Source: Malacoraja senta (lineage: Eukaryota). From it: a stretch of DNA of 64,000 nucleotides. The position numbers were made by a program, and so were the translations under genes. Of this stretch, positions 12,576 through 24,230 are shown one piece after another. Below the pieces are notes generated by a model. The model was not told where the DNA came from. It saw only the letters and a program-made list of their open reading frames with translations, and searched no databases. Numbering within the stretch: position 1 is the first letter of the stretch; each line of letters opens with the position of its first letter. The stretch spans positions 1-64,000 of the forward strand of contig JAXLNO010005563.1 in assembly GCA_038087875.1 (NCBI GenBank), written 5' to 3'.

Positions 12576-13069
12576 AAATAGTAAGATTAAACGAGAACTT
12601 ACCAAGTTTGAAGTTTGATCTTTATTTTATGAGGTGTAACGTTGAGGGATTACGTGAAGAAGCCCCGTCCAGCCGCACACGCGTCAATCTTTCAAAGCAG
12701 CGGAGTGACAATCACAGACGATAATTACTGAAGTATGATAGTAAGATGCATAAAGACTTAGAACTACCAGCTTGATCCTTTTATGAGGGTGGGAGCGGAG
12801 GGCACGTAATCCCTCAACGTTACTCCTCATAAAATAAAGATCAAACTTCAAACTTGGTAAGTTCTCGTTTAATCTTACTATTTTACTTCGGAGTCACGTG
12901 AGTGACTACGTGAAGATTTCAAAGCTCTGTGATTTCACACCGTGGATTCAAATCCAGGTGTTCACTGCATCGATTGACTCTATTTGAGTAAGCACAATCA
13001 ACAATGCATAACCACAACATTTGAATGTAATCAGTTAATGGTTTTATTTATTTTAATAAAAATAACAAA

Positions 13070-14025
13070 AATTAGGCCCATTTATAATGGGGGATTTAAT
13101 ACTGTATCCAGCACGGCATCACCAAACCCTCTGAGATCTTTAATCTCCTTGTGGTAATACTTGTGAAACATCTGTTCACTTGCACATCCTGCGGCCGCGA
13201 GAATAAGGTCTATTGGCACGCTGAATCCCTGGCCGCTGATGTTGATGCCGCCCTCGTGGAATGAGATTTAAATTTATCAGTATCAATACCTGAATATCTC
13301 AACACCTGTTTCAACCATCATGAAATTGTTTGTGTTGATACTTTCTTAAGAGGCTTTTTATGACTAATAAAAAATGCCAATTCGGCGCCTCTTAAAACTT
13401 TTGTTGTTTCTATGTAGCATTTCACATATGTTACTACACACAGTCGTGAATCTGTAGGATATGCTAAAAATTCCAACTTGCATCCTGTGGACCCAGGTCT
13501 ACTTTGCTTCAGTAAATCATAGACATAGAATGTCACGCCATTTTGCCCTACTTTCATTCTATCAATTCTGAGTTTCTGTAATGTTTGAACTCTCTGCGCT
13601 GAAACTAATGCCATGAGCATAACCAATTTCATGGTAATTTTGGATAATGACAGGGTTTCAACTGGATTCCAACTCCTTAGGAACATCAGTACATCTTTTA
13701 CATTCCAAATTTCTGTATACCTGGGTCTGGGAGGATTAGAGTTGATAATTCCTTTCATAAACCTACAGACCCAAGGATGTGCTCCAATTGGAGTTTGTCC
13801 TGATTCACTGCTTAAATATGCAGAGAGTGCACTTCGTGCAGTATTAATTGCACTATAACTTAATTTCAATTCATAGTGTAGAGTTGAAAGAAACTCTATT
13901 ACATCTGAAATTTCTACTGTGTTATATGCAATATTCTTTCCTGAACAAAACACCTCCCATTTCTTTATATAGGAAATGTACTGCTTCTGGGTACTATTCC
14001 TCCAGGCTGCTGTCATAACATCCAC
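13070..14025 (-). pseudogene. DIRS tyrosine recombinase, interrupted
   Basis: ORF 13318-14025 ends at a TGA replacing R in ISRWL, then continues KFKSHSTRAA...(frameshift)...FHKYYHKE. Confidence 0.85.
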
Positions 14026-14172
14026 CGTACAGTCTGATAATCCTTTTCCAAGATATGCCTTCTTAGAATCTGCAAATCAACAAACCAATACGATTATGTA
14101 AAGGATGTGATTCATTAGTCACAGGGTGTACAAGCAGTTTAATCTGCTTTGGAATAACCATAAGGTTTTTTT

Positions 14173-16047
14173 TTAACCATTTTTAACACCAGTGGGTACC
14201 ATACCTGTGTAGGCCCATCTGGTACTACCAAAATCCCTGAGGCTTGAATCTTGTTTAATTTTCTGTATGCATTTGTGGATTAAACAAAATGGTGGAAAAA
14301 CATACAGAAACATACCACCCCAATGTAGCGAGAAAGCATCCACCACTACTGCTCCAGGATCAGGTTCCCATGACACATACTTAGTCAAGTGGTGGTTCAA
14401 TCTTGATGCAACCAGATCAATTTCTAGCATTCCAAATTGTTTGATAATTTGTGTGAATATTTTCCGATTTAACATCCATTCTGTATTATCATTAAATTTA
14501 CGTGATCTTTTGTCTGCAATTGTATTAATTTTTACCCGGTAAATATATTGCTGACAGCCAAATTTTTCTGGCAATACACCAGGTCCAAATTTCATTTGCC
14601 AATTTATCACATGATTCTGATTTTATACCACCCATGTGATTTATGTATGCTACAGCTGTAGTATTGTCAACCTGTACCTGAACATGCACATTTCCCATAT
14701 CAGTGCAATAAGCTCTAAGGCCGTAAAATGCGCCTAATAGCTCTAGATAATTGATTCCCAGATTTTCCAGCAAAAGTACTTCATTCACATTCCACCTACC
14801 TCCACAGCTGGAAATCATGTTAGTAGCGCCCCAACTCAGCACACTTACATCAGTCTGTAGAGTGATGGAAGGTGTTTCTACCAGAACTTTTCTGGAAGTA
14901 TTAGAAACATTGTTAATCCACCATTCTATTTCTGTAATGGATTGAATTGTTAATTTCATGGGCCTATCAAAATGCCCTCTATTCATTTTTAACGCTTGTA
15001 CCTTAGCTCTCTGTAAACATTGATAATGCAATGGTCCAAACGTGACCGCTGGAAACCCTGCAATTAATTTGCCTAGCAAGCTTGCCACTTCTCTAATTGA
15101 AGGTGTGTCCTCGTTAATGGGTTTTATGCAACCTTCAATTAACTGCAGCTTTTTAACTTTTGGCAAAGTGATTACCATGTGTTCGGAGTTAATTGTGAAC
15201 CCTAGGTAATCAATCTTTTTGCTTGGTAACAATTTAGATTTTAGTAGGTGAATAATGAAACCTAATTTCTCAAAATGTATTTGACTCTGGATACTGACAA
15301 TTTTGCAGCAGCCAAAGTGTCCCCTACAACGAGGATATCATCTAAATAAGCCATTAATACATGGCCCTCAGCTCTTAACAGAGCTAAAATTTGGTTTGAG
15401 CAATTTAGTGAATAATCTTGGTGCTGAAATCAGACCATTGGGCAATGCTTTAAATTGCCATAACTGACATCCATCTAAATTTCAAATATCTTTGATCCTT
15501 ATCATGCATTGCCACAGAATAATATGCATTTTGCAGATCTATGCTTGCCTTGTAGCAATTCTTTGTGACTAGCTAAATGGCATTAGTAAATGTTTCCATT
15601 TTGAAATGTTTCTATTGTACATCAAGGTTAAGATTTGTCAGATCGGAAATGATTCTACGTCCACCATCCCTTTTCTAGGAGAATATTCCGTGGAGAATAT
15701 TTGACACAAACTGATGGTGTTGTTCTCCTGACATTTATATCATCCTTTTCTGCATAAACTTTTTCAATTCTCCTTTGATCAACCCATTCTCTTCCTTTGA
15801 GAAAAATCCGTGACCAGTTTGAATTATGCTGAATTGGAGGATCCAAACGTGGAGAGAACTCAATTTTGAATCCTACAATGCTACATAGAATAAATGAATC
15901 ATTTGTTATTGATTGCCATTCTTTTAGGAAGAATCGTAACCTTCCCCCTATTTGTGAGTGTGAAACATTTGTTGTGTTTCTTACCAGACCAAGCCCCCTA
16001 ACCTCGAGGTTTGCCACCGGCAGTTGTTGTCCCCTTCTAGTAGGCAC
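14173..16047 (-). pseudogene. DIRS RT/RNase H/methyltransferase-like ORF, frameshifted
   Basis: GGRLRFFLKEW (start of RT), YLDD, DNTTAVAYINHMGG (RNase H), YVFPPF motifs spread over several frames. Confidence 0.85.
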
Positions 16048-17699
16048 ATTGTAACCTCCACGTATCCTCGGTGCAGCACGTCAATGTGCATACGAGAATG
16101 ATAGGATTGTTCCTTCTCCAGCACCACATTTCGCCTGTAGGGATACTGCCTTCTCACCGCTCTGCTCAGCATAGGTGATCCTTTAGTTTCTTTGCTAGAT
16201 TTTCTCCAAAACAGATTTAATCATTTGTATATTGCATGGTTTTCAGAGCCTGCATACTTAGGATGAATATTTGGTCTTATTGCATTTTTATGAATACAAT
16301 TTATTTCAAAGTGCGCACTACACATGAGTGCTAAGGCATTTTGTTGTGAATACGATATATAACCTTCATCCAAACCACTGACCCCAGAAATTTCAGCACT
16401 TGTGTAATTTCAATTCTTGTGAGCGTAAACCACTGCTCAAATTACCCATATCAAGTTTATTCACTGCTGTAACTGCTACAATTTCCCGGGTCTCATATTT
16501 TTTGATAGTCTCATCCATGGTTAATTCCTGGGGCTGATGGGAGAGTAGATAATTTATAGTCATAGCTATTTCCTCTCTCAAAGGTTCCCCTGTTACTCTG
16601 GGAACAGCAACGTTTTGTGCCAGCCTTGGAACATTTGTGGCTCTGATAATGGGCTCTGGTCCTCATTTAAATCATCATCTAAATCTAGATATTCATTTTT
16701 ATGTTGGTGTAATTTCTGGCTCCCCTGTTTCAGGTAAGTCTCTGCCAGATCCCCCCTGCGCGGGCTCTCTTGTAGGCCCACGGACAGGCAGCCCTGCTTC
16801 AGGTGCTGCTGGCGCTGGCTCAATTCTAGGCCAACGCTTCATTATTTTTACTCTTTATATTTGTCGGTGCTGGCACATTTATCATTGCACGTTTGTGCTG
16901 CCTTTTGTTCAGGCATTTCTAGTACTGGCTCTCCAATAGGCCAACACATAACTTGCCTTTTTTCTGGCATTTTTGGGCACTGGCTCTCCTGTAGGCCAAC
17001 CTCTTTAATGTTTCTGCACAGGCACTGATGGCTCTCCTGTAGTCCACCCTTGTGCCGGTTCCAAGGCACCTCCTGTGCTATACTTCATTGGCCAACACCG
17101 ACTTAAATCCTCCTGTGGGGGTTCTTTACAAATCATCTGCCCCATAAGGAGTTATAAAGTTTTTGACCCTTGCAGTGTAATACTCTTTCCTGCCTGAGGA
17201 GGGCATACCTCCGTGTCTGACTCATCTGAGTCTACAGGTCGGGCCGATTCTTTTTTTTTTTTTCTCAGCCTTGCGCCCCGCCGCCGGCGGTTTAACGCAC
17301 ATTCAACCACAACGGGAGTTAATGGCTTTGCTGCCACTGACTCCCCTGACTGACGCCCGCTACCCTTAGGATCTGGGGTTTTACTACGGTGCGTCCCTGG
17401 CAGCCTCTCCTTCCCATTTCTCCATAATAAACTTGAGTGGAGCTCCACCAAACAAGTCTAAACGGGAAGGAAACGCTCCTGTCAGTGAAAAGTAACCCAC
17501 TTACCTTCCGACTTTTGTTTTACTTTTGTTTTACTCACCGGCTGGAGGAGCTCCTGCTCCTCCACACACGGTCATGAACGCTATGCGTCTGATCGACAAT
17601 GACACGTGTGCGGCTGGACGGGGCTTCTTCACGTAGTCACTCACGTGACTCCGAAGTAAAATTTTTGATGCCATGGACAGTGGAAAATTTTGATTCTGT

Positions 17700-17876
17700 T
17701 GTGGGGGGAAGTTCATGTTGAATTCTATAATGTGTTGTGTCATTTTTTCTTATTTTTTTATTTTTTCTATGGATGTACGGAAACTTCATTATTTCTTTTA
17801 TGTAAAGCACTTTGGTTTCAACGTGAGTTGATTTAAATGTGCTATATAAATAAAATGTACTTACTTACTTACTTAC
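17700..17876 (+). mobile_element. L2-type 3' tail
   Basis: TGTAAAGCACTTTGG...GTGCTATATAAATAAAA followed by (CTTA)n; left boundary approximate. Confidence 0.6.
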
Positions 17877-18012
17877 GTATATGGTTTGTGATTTTTTTAC
17901 CCACACCCACCCAAAACCATCCTCACCCACTCGAAACCACCCTCACCAACCACACCCACCGGAAACCACCCACACCCACCCTCACCCACCCGAAACCACC
18001 CTCACCCACCCA

Positions 18013-19160
18013 TACAGGGTCTTGGTGAGACCACACCTGGAGTATTGCGTACAGTTTTGGTCTCCTAATCTGAGGAAATACATTCTTGCCATAGAGGGAG
18101 TACAGAGAAGGTTCACCAGACTGATTCCTGGGATGTCAGGACTTTCATATGAAGAAAGACTGGATAGACTCGGCTTGTACTCGCTGGAATTTAGAAGATT
18201 GAGGGGGGGATCTTATGGAAACTTACAAAATTCTTCAGGGGTTGTACAGGCTAGATGCAGGAAGATTGAACCCGATGTTGGGGAAGTCCAGAACAAGGGG
18301 TCACAGTTTAAGGATAAGGGGGAAGTCTTTTAGGACCGAGATGAGAAAAACATTTTTTTTTCACACAGAGAGTGGTGAATCTGTGGAATTCTCTGCCACA
18401 GAAGGTAGTTGAGGCCAGTTCATTGGCTATATTTAAGAGGGAGTTAGATGTGGCCCTTGTGGTAAAGGGATCAGGGGGTATGGAGAGAAGGCAGGTACAG
18501 GATACTGAGTTGGATGATCAGCCATCTTCTTCTTCTGTTGTGTGTCTTTTAGACCTGCAGCTCTGTTGAGGCGAGCCAGCCCAACGTATCATCGTCCAGG
18601 TCAATCAGCCCTCGTTCACCGTTCGGTGGCCGATGTGTGCTCCACTGTCTGTGTTGGATCCCCACACTCGCAGGAGGCGCTGGCTGTCCACGAGGCCCCC
18701 ACCTCTTCATCACTACTCCATAGCGTCCTCAAGATGCCTGGCCTCAAGCGGTTGAGGGTTGTCCACTGCTTTCGGGTCAGGTCCTGGCCAGGGACGTCCA
18801 TGGGGTCATCGATGTAATGGTGTAGCCTAGATGTTTCCGCTGACTTCCACTGGTCTCTCCATCTCGTCAAAGACAGCCTCTACGCGGCCTCCTTTACGAG
18901 TACCTTACAGGATCATAAGCCCACAAAGCGAAACCAATGTCTTTACCACGTCTGCAGACAGCTAAAAGCCATGCCTCCCCAGGCCAGGCGGCACCGTTAA
19001 ATGCCGCCAACTGTCGAGGTTTAGCGCTACTGCAGCTCAATGTTGAAGGCCTTACCACCGCCAAGCTCAACGTCATCGAACAGATGATCAGCCATTGAAT
19101 GGCGGTGCTGGCTCAAAGGGCCGAATGGCCTACTCCTGCACCAATTGTCTATGTTTCTAT
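18013..19160 (+). mobile_element. CR1 LINE 3' fragment (interrupted by RTE-X)
   Basis: [18 protein letters not shown]...[11 protein letters not shown]; the tail resumes at 19083 and ends TATGTTTCTATG. Confidence 0.88.
18526..19082 (-). mobile_element. RTE-X-like LINE 3' end with 13-bp TSD
   Basis: GATGATCAGCCAT duplicated at 18513-18525 and 19083-19095. (GAA)n tail on minus. WTTLNRLR...CECGDPTQTVEH motif. Confidence 0.75.
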
Positions 19161-19626
19161 GAAACCGCCCTCACCAGAAACCACCCACAAAACCACCCTC
19201 ACGCACCCACACCCACCCTCAACCACCCACACCCACCCGAAACCACCCACACACCCGAAACCACCCTCACCCACCCACACACCCGAACCACCCTCACCCA
19301 CCCACACACCCGAAACCACCCTCACCCACCCAAAACCAACCACACCCACCCGAAACCACCCTCACCCACCCGAAACCACCCTCACCCACCCGCCCAAAGC
19401 TCCAACCGCCGACCTACCTGCCTTCACCAAGATGGCTGCCGGCTGCCGACCTCACCTGCCCTCACCAAGATGTTCTCCATCACTCTACGACCAAGTGACT
19501 GCATCATTTTACCTTCAGTGTGAAGCAGCATCATCACATTCGCCGCCATTTTGTGTCGGCCTTCACATTTAAAAACAAACCGCCATCGAGCAACTGCCAG
19601 CTGAAGCCACGCCCTCGGATCGCCGG

Positions 19627-19812
19627 TGACGTCACGGCGCAGGGAGGGCGGACGTCACGGCGCAGGGCGGGCGGGGAGGGCGGACGTCATGGCGCAGGGT
19701 GGGCGGGGAGAGCGGACGTCACGGCGCAGGGTGGGCGGGGAGGGCGGACGTCACGGCGCAGGGCGGGCGGGGAGCGCGGACGTCACGGCGCAGGGCGGGC
19801 GGGGAGGGCGGG
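19627..19812 (+). repeat. 32-bp GC-rich VNTR (GGACGTCACGGCGCAGGGCGGGCGGGGAGGGC), 6 copies
   Basis: GACGTCA at 19628, 19651, 19683, 19715, 19747 and 19779. Confidence 0.92.
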
Positions 19813-19860
19813 TCATCTTCATCTTGTTGTTAAAGAAGGAACTGCAGATGCTGGAAAATC

Positions 19861-20056
19861 GAAGGTACACAAAAATGCTGGAGAAACTCAGCGGGTGCAG
19901 CAGCATCTATGGAGCGAAGGAAATAGGTAACGTTTCGGGCCGAAACCCTTCTTCGACCGTCTGAAGAAGGGTTTCGGCCCGAAACGTTACCTATTTCCTT
20001 CGCTCCATAGATGCTGCTGCACCCGCTGAGTTTCTCCAGCATTTTTGTGTATCTTC
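19861..20056. repeat. Near-perfect ~94-bp inverted repeat of Penelope-type terminal sequence
   Basis: Arms 19861-19954 and 19963-20056 are reverse complements with one mismatch near the outer end; 8-nt spacer. Confidence 0.9.
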
Positions 20057-21599
20057 ATCTTGTTCCCGCTCACGTCTCCAACCGCCAACCCCGTGCCCGC
20101 CAGCCGACCTCACCTGCCCTCACCTGCCCTCACCAAGATGGCCGCCCGCCCGCCGGTCCCGCCCCCCCCCCTGGGCCGAGTCTCCCCGTCGACCGCATGA
20201 AAATGGCGGCGGGCGTGCCGGCGGGCGGGCGGGCGGGCGGAGAAGCGTCAGTTGGTGACGTCGCTGCCGACGGACCTGAGGTAAATAAATAACTGATCAT
20301 CAGCAGATTGTGCGGGATCGGGTCACGTGGGGGAGAAGTGAGTGGGTGAGTGAGGTCAATGACCACATACAGTACAGTACAGTACAGTACAGGCCGGTAC
20401 AGTCACGTGTGTGGACATGTGTGTGGGGGGGAGAGAGAGAGAGAGAGAGAGCTGAGGGCAATCTCCACATAAACCACGTCTGGGGGAATCAAACTGGTCA
20501 AACTGGGGTCAATTATATAAACTCACCGTCTGTCACCAATGCATGAAAGAATTATGAACCTATGCGCCCTAGACCACATCTAAACACTAATTGGATTTTC
20601 TCTCCAACTCTGCTCTTTGTAATTTCCACCCAATCTTTCTGTCAGAGTTGGAGAACACTAGGTCCAGATAGAATCAGACACCCGATTAATCAAAGGCTAA
20701 CACATCCACCAGGCCATTTATGACCCAATCAGCCACAAAGAGACACATGGCCATACCGCACAGTGTTAAGGTTTGGCCCATCAATAAACTGCAGATACTG
20801 GAAATCAAAATGAAAAGAGAAAATGCAGGAAAAACTCAGCATCCGAGAAGAGAAGCAGTCAACATTTCAGGTTGGAGACCCCTCGTCAGAACTGAAAAAG
20901 AGAGAGGGAAAGGCAATCCTGGCATCAGGGAAGTGGTGGAGTGGGATTGGTGGAACAAAGGGAGTGCCTATGATGTGGTGAAATAGTGTCGTCTTTACCT
21001 GGACAGTGAACTCCTTGGTTCATTTAATGTGTAATTTGCATCTTCTTTCTGTTGGTATCATGACTGACTATATATGCCTGCCATTTTTTTCCTTCCCCTT
21101 TTGAACATTCAAGGCACATCCCAGGAGGACAAATGTAACAACATCACCCAGACTTTACGACAATTGCAACACATCGCACAGGCAAAGCTTCAATGCCTAT
21201 TTAATGGCTGCATCATTTCACCTCTGACAGACATTCCCTATGTTCCAAATAACAAAGTGCTGGAGGAACTCAACAGGTCAGGCAACAACTGTGGAGGGAA
21301 TGGACAGATGACACTTCGGGTCAGGACCCGTCTTCAGACTGATGTTCCCACCTGTAATGTTGTCTGTCCATCCCCTCCACGGATGCCGCCTGAGCCGCTG
21401 AGTTCCTCTAGCACTTTGAGTTTTCCTCTGGATTCTGGCATCCGCAGCCTCTTGTGTCTCCATTCCCTTTGTTGCACCCGTCGCCCTCCCCAACCTGCGC
21501 AACTAACCTGCTCTCTCTCTTTCTCGGTTCGGACTAAGGCTCTTCGACCTGAAACGTTAGCCAGTCCTCTATCCAAAATGCTGCCTGCCTTGCTACCCT

Positions 21600-22045
21600 C
21601 TGTGTGAAAAAGTTGCCCGTCGGGTTCTTACTTAACCTTTTCCAACTTACCTTAAACCCATGTTCCCTGATTCTTGATTTTGCTACTTTGGTTAAAAGAC
21701 TGTGCATTCAACCTATTGATTCCTTTCATGATCTTATACATCTCTATAAGATCAGCCCCTCATCCTCCTGCGCTCCAAGGAACATTGCCCTAGCATGCCC
21801 AACCTCTCCCTACAGCTCAGGCCCTCAAGTCCTGGCAACATCCTCGTAAATCTTATTTGCATTCTCTCCAGCTTAACAACATCTTTCCTATAACGGTAAC
21901 CAAAACTGAACGCAATACTCTAAATTTAGCCTCACCAGCATCTTGTAAAACTGCAACATAACATCCCAACTTCTATACTCAGTACCCTGACTGATGAAGG
22001 TCAATGTACCAAAAATCCTATCTACCTGTGACGCCACTTCCCAAC
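21600..22045 (-). mobile_element. CR1 LINE 3' fragment
   Basis: Reverse complement matches the CR1 RT C-terminal region. Confidence 0.65.
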
Positions 22046-22156
22046 TCTTAATTTGCATCCCTGAAGGTTTAACAATAAAACAATGAAAGATGAGTGAGTG
22101 AGTGAGTGAGGTAAATCACCACATACAGTCCGGTACAGTCCACGTGTGTGTGTGTG

Positions 22157-22193
<37 letters not shown>

Positions 22194-22216
22194 ATGTGTG
22201 TGTATGTGTGTGTGCA

Positions 22217-22755
22217 CAAGTCAAGTCAAGTGAGTTTATTGTCATGTGTCCCTGATAGGACAATGAAATTCTTGCTTTGCTTCAGCACAACAGAACATAG
22301 TAGGCATTGACTACAAGGCATTCTATAAATATATACACACATGAATCAATATACTGATAAAGTGCAAATAACAGTATTGGCTAATAAAGTTCAGTGTTAT
22401 GTCCGAGCCAGGTTTAATAGCCTGATGGCTGTGGGGAAGTAGCTGTTCCTGAACCTGGTCGTTGCAGTCTTCAGGCTCCTGTACCTTCTACCTGAAGGTA
22501 GTAGGGAGATGAGTGTGTGGCCAGGATGGTGTGGGTCCTTGATGATGCTGCCAGCCTTTTTGAGGCAGCGACTGTGATAGATCCCCTCGATGGAAGGGAG
22601 GTCAGAGCCAATGATGGGCTGGGCAGTGTTTACTACTTTTTGTAGTCTTTTCCTCTCCAGGGCGCTCAAGTTGCCGAACCAAGCCACGATGCAACCGGTC
22701 AGCATGCTCTCTACTGTGCACCTGTAGAAGTTAGAGAGAGTCCTCCTTGACAAAC
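22217..22755 (-). mobile_element. Rex1/Babar LINE 3' end, cut by an assembly gap
   Basis: NFYRCTVESMLTGCIVAWFGN...LPSGRRYRSLKTATTRFRNSYFPTAIRLLN; (CTTGA)n-type tail; preceded by (TG)n at 22143-22215. Confidence 0.85.
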
Positions 22756-23080
22756 NNNNNNNNNNNNNNNNNNNNNNNNNNNNNNNNNNNNNNNNNNNNN
22801 NNNNNNNNNNNNNNNNNNNNNNNNNNNNNNNNNNNNNNNNNNNNNNNNNNNNNNNNNNNNNNNNNNNNNNNNNNNNNNNNNNNNNNNNNNNNNNNNNNNN
22901 NNNNNNNNNNNNNNNNNNNNNNNNNNNNNNNNNNNNNNNNNNNNNNNNNNNNNNNNNNNNNNNNNNNNNNNNNNNNNNNNNNNNNNNNNNNNNNNNNNNN
23001 NNNNNNNNNNNNNNNNNNNNNNNNNNNNNNNNNNNNNNNNNNNNNNNNNNNNNNNNNNNNNNNNNNNNNNNNNNNNNNNN
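22756..23080. other. Assembly gap (325 N)
   Basis: Run of n. Confidence 1.
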
Positions 23081-23304
23081 ATAAATAAACCAGCCTCCCC
23101 CTCTTATTCACTCATCTCAATAACTGAGGTTATAAATAAATCAATAAATAAATCAATCAATCAATAAATCAGCAGTGGAATAAATCAATAAACCCTGTCA
23201 ATCTGGGGGAGGGAGAGAGAGCTGAGGTCAATCTCCTCATAAACTACTCGTCTGGGGGAATAAAGCTGGTCAAACTGGGGTAAATTATATAAACTCACCG
23301 TCTG

Positions 23305-24165
23305 GAGCAGATGATACAACGGTGATTGGCCTCATCAGCAACAACGATGAGTCGGCCTATAGGGAGGAGGTCCAGCTCCTAGCAGCATGGTGCGCTGACA
23401 ACAACCTGGCCCTTAACTCCAAGAAGACCAAGGAGCTCATTGTAGACTTCAGGAAGTCTAGGGGCGGCATGCACACCCCCATCCACATTAACGGGAGGGA
23501 GGTGGAACGTGTTTCCAGCTTCAGGTTCCTGGGGGTCAACATCTCCGATGACCTCTCTTGGACCAACAATACCTCAACTCTGGTCAAGAAGGCTCACCAG
23601 CGTCTCTTCTTCCTGAGGAGACTAAAGAAGGTCCATCTGTCTCCTCGGATTCTGGTGAACTTCTACCGCTGCACCATCGAGAGCATCCTTACCAACTGCA
23701 TCACAGTATGGTATGGCAACTGCTCTGTCTCCGACCGGAAAGCACTGCAGAGGGTGGTGAAAATTGCCCAACGCATCACCGGTTCCTCACTCCCCACCAT
23801 TGAGTCTGTCCAAAGCAAGCGTTGTCTGCGAAGGGCGCTCAGCATCGCCAAGGACTGCTCTCACCCCAACCACAGACTGTTTACCCTCCTACCATCCGGA
23901 AGGCGCTACAGGTCTCTCCGTTGCCGGACCAGCAGGTCCAGGAACAGCTTCTTCCCTGCAGCTGTTACACTACTCAACACTGTACCTCGGTGACTGCCAA
24001 TCACACCCTCCCCCCCCGGACACTCCTCCCACCAGGACTTATTAGATTTATTTATTTACTGCTCATATTTATGTCGCTCTTCTAGGGAGATGCTAACTGC
24101 ATTTCGTTGTCTCTGTACTGTACACTGCACAATGACAATAAAGTTGAATCTGAATCTGAATCTGT
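23305..24165 (+). mobile_element. Rex1/Babar LINE, 5'-truncated, young
   Basis: ADDTTVIGLIS...open RT C-terminus to 23993; tail AATAAAG(TTGAATC/TGAATC)n. Confidence 0.88.
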
Positions 24166-24230
24166 CCTGAGATAAAACACGTTATAAATAAACATCTCCC
24201 TCTCTCTGGCTCCCAACCTCCCCCCCCCCC

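Larger units (their letters stand above)
12576..17661 (-). mobile_element. DIRS1-type tyrosine-recombinase retrotransposon, full length (~5.09 kb), decayed
   Basis: ITRs at 12651-12686 and 17600-17635 (1 mismatch). ICR 12803-12916 complementary to both termini. gag-like, RT (YLDD at 15337-48), RNase H, methyltransferase-like (DLVASRLN..DAF..W..YVFPPF) and YR (HSTRAA..KYY) ORF remnants. Confidence 0.93.
17895..19392. repeat. C/A-rich ~21-bp minisatellite (CCCGAAACCACCCTCACCCAC) split by a CR1 insertion
   Basis: Arrays at 17895-18012 and 19162-19392 with the same unit on both sides of the LINE. Confidence 0.85.
19395..20280 (+). promoter_or_regulatory. CpG-island promoter candidate with YY1, CRE and GC-box motifs and a putative first exon
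   Basis: High CpG. YY1-like motifs at 19428, 19541 (reverse), 20134 and 20200. TGACGTCA at 19627. Donor CTGAG|GTAAAT at 20280/81. Confidence 0.55.

Noticed and set aside
17895-18012. ACCCTC-like repeats as telomeric sequence
   Set aside because: The unit is ~21 bp and contains no (TTAGGG)n.
17881-18333. 150-aa and neighbouring Pro/His/Thr-rich ORFs (also 19095-19572)
   Set aside because: Translations of minisatellite fused to CR1 fragments.
22731-23111. ORFs containing X runs (also 63011-63371)
   Set aside because: Artefacts of N gaps.
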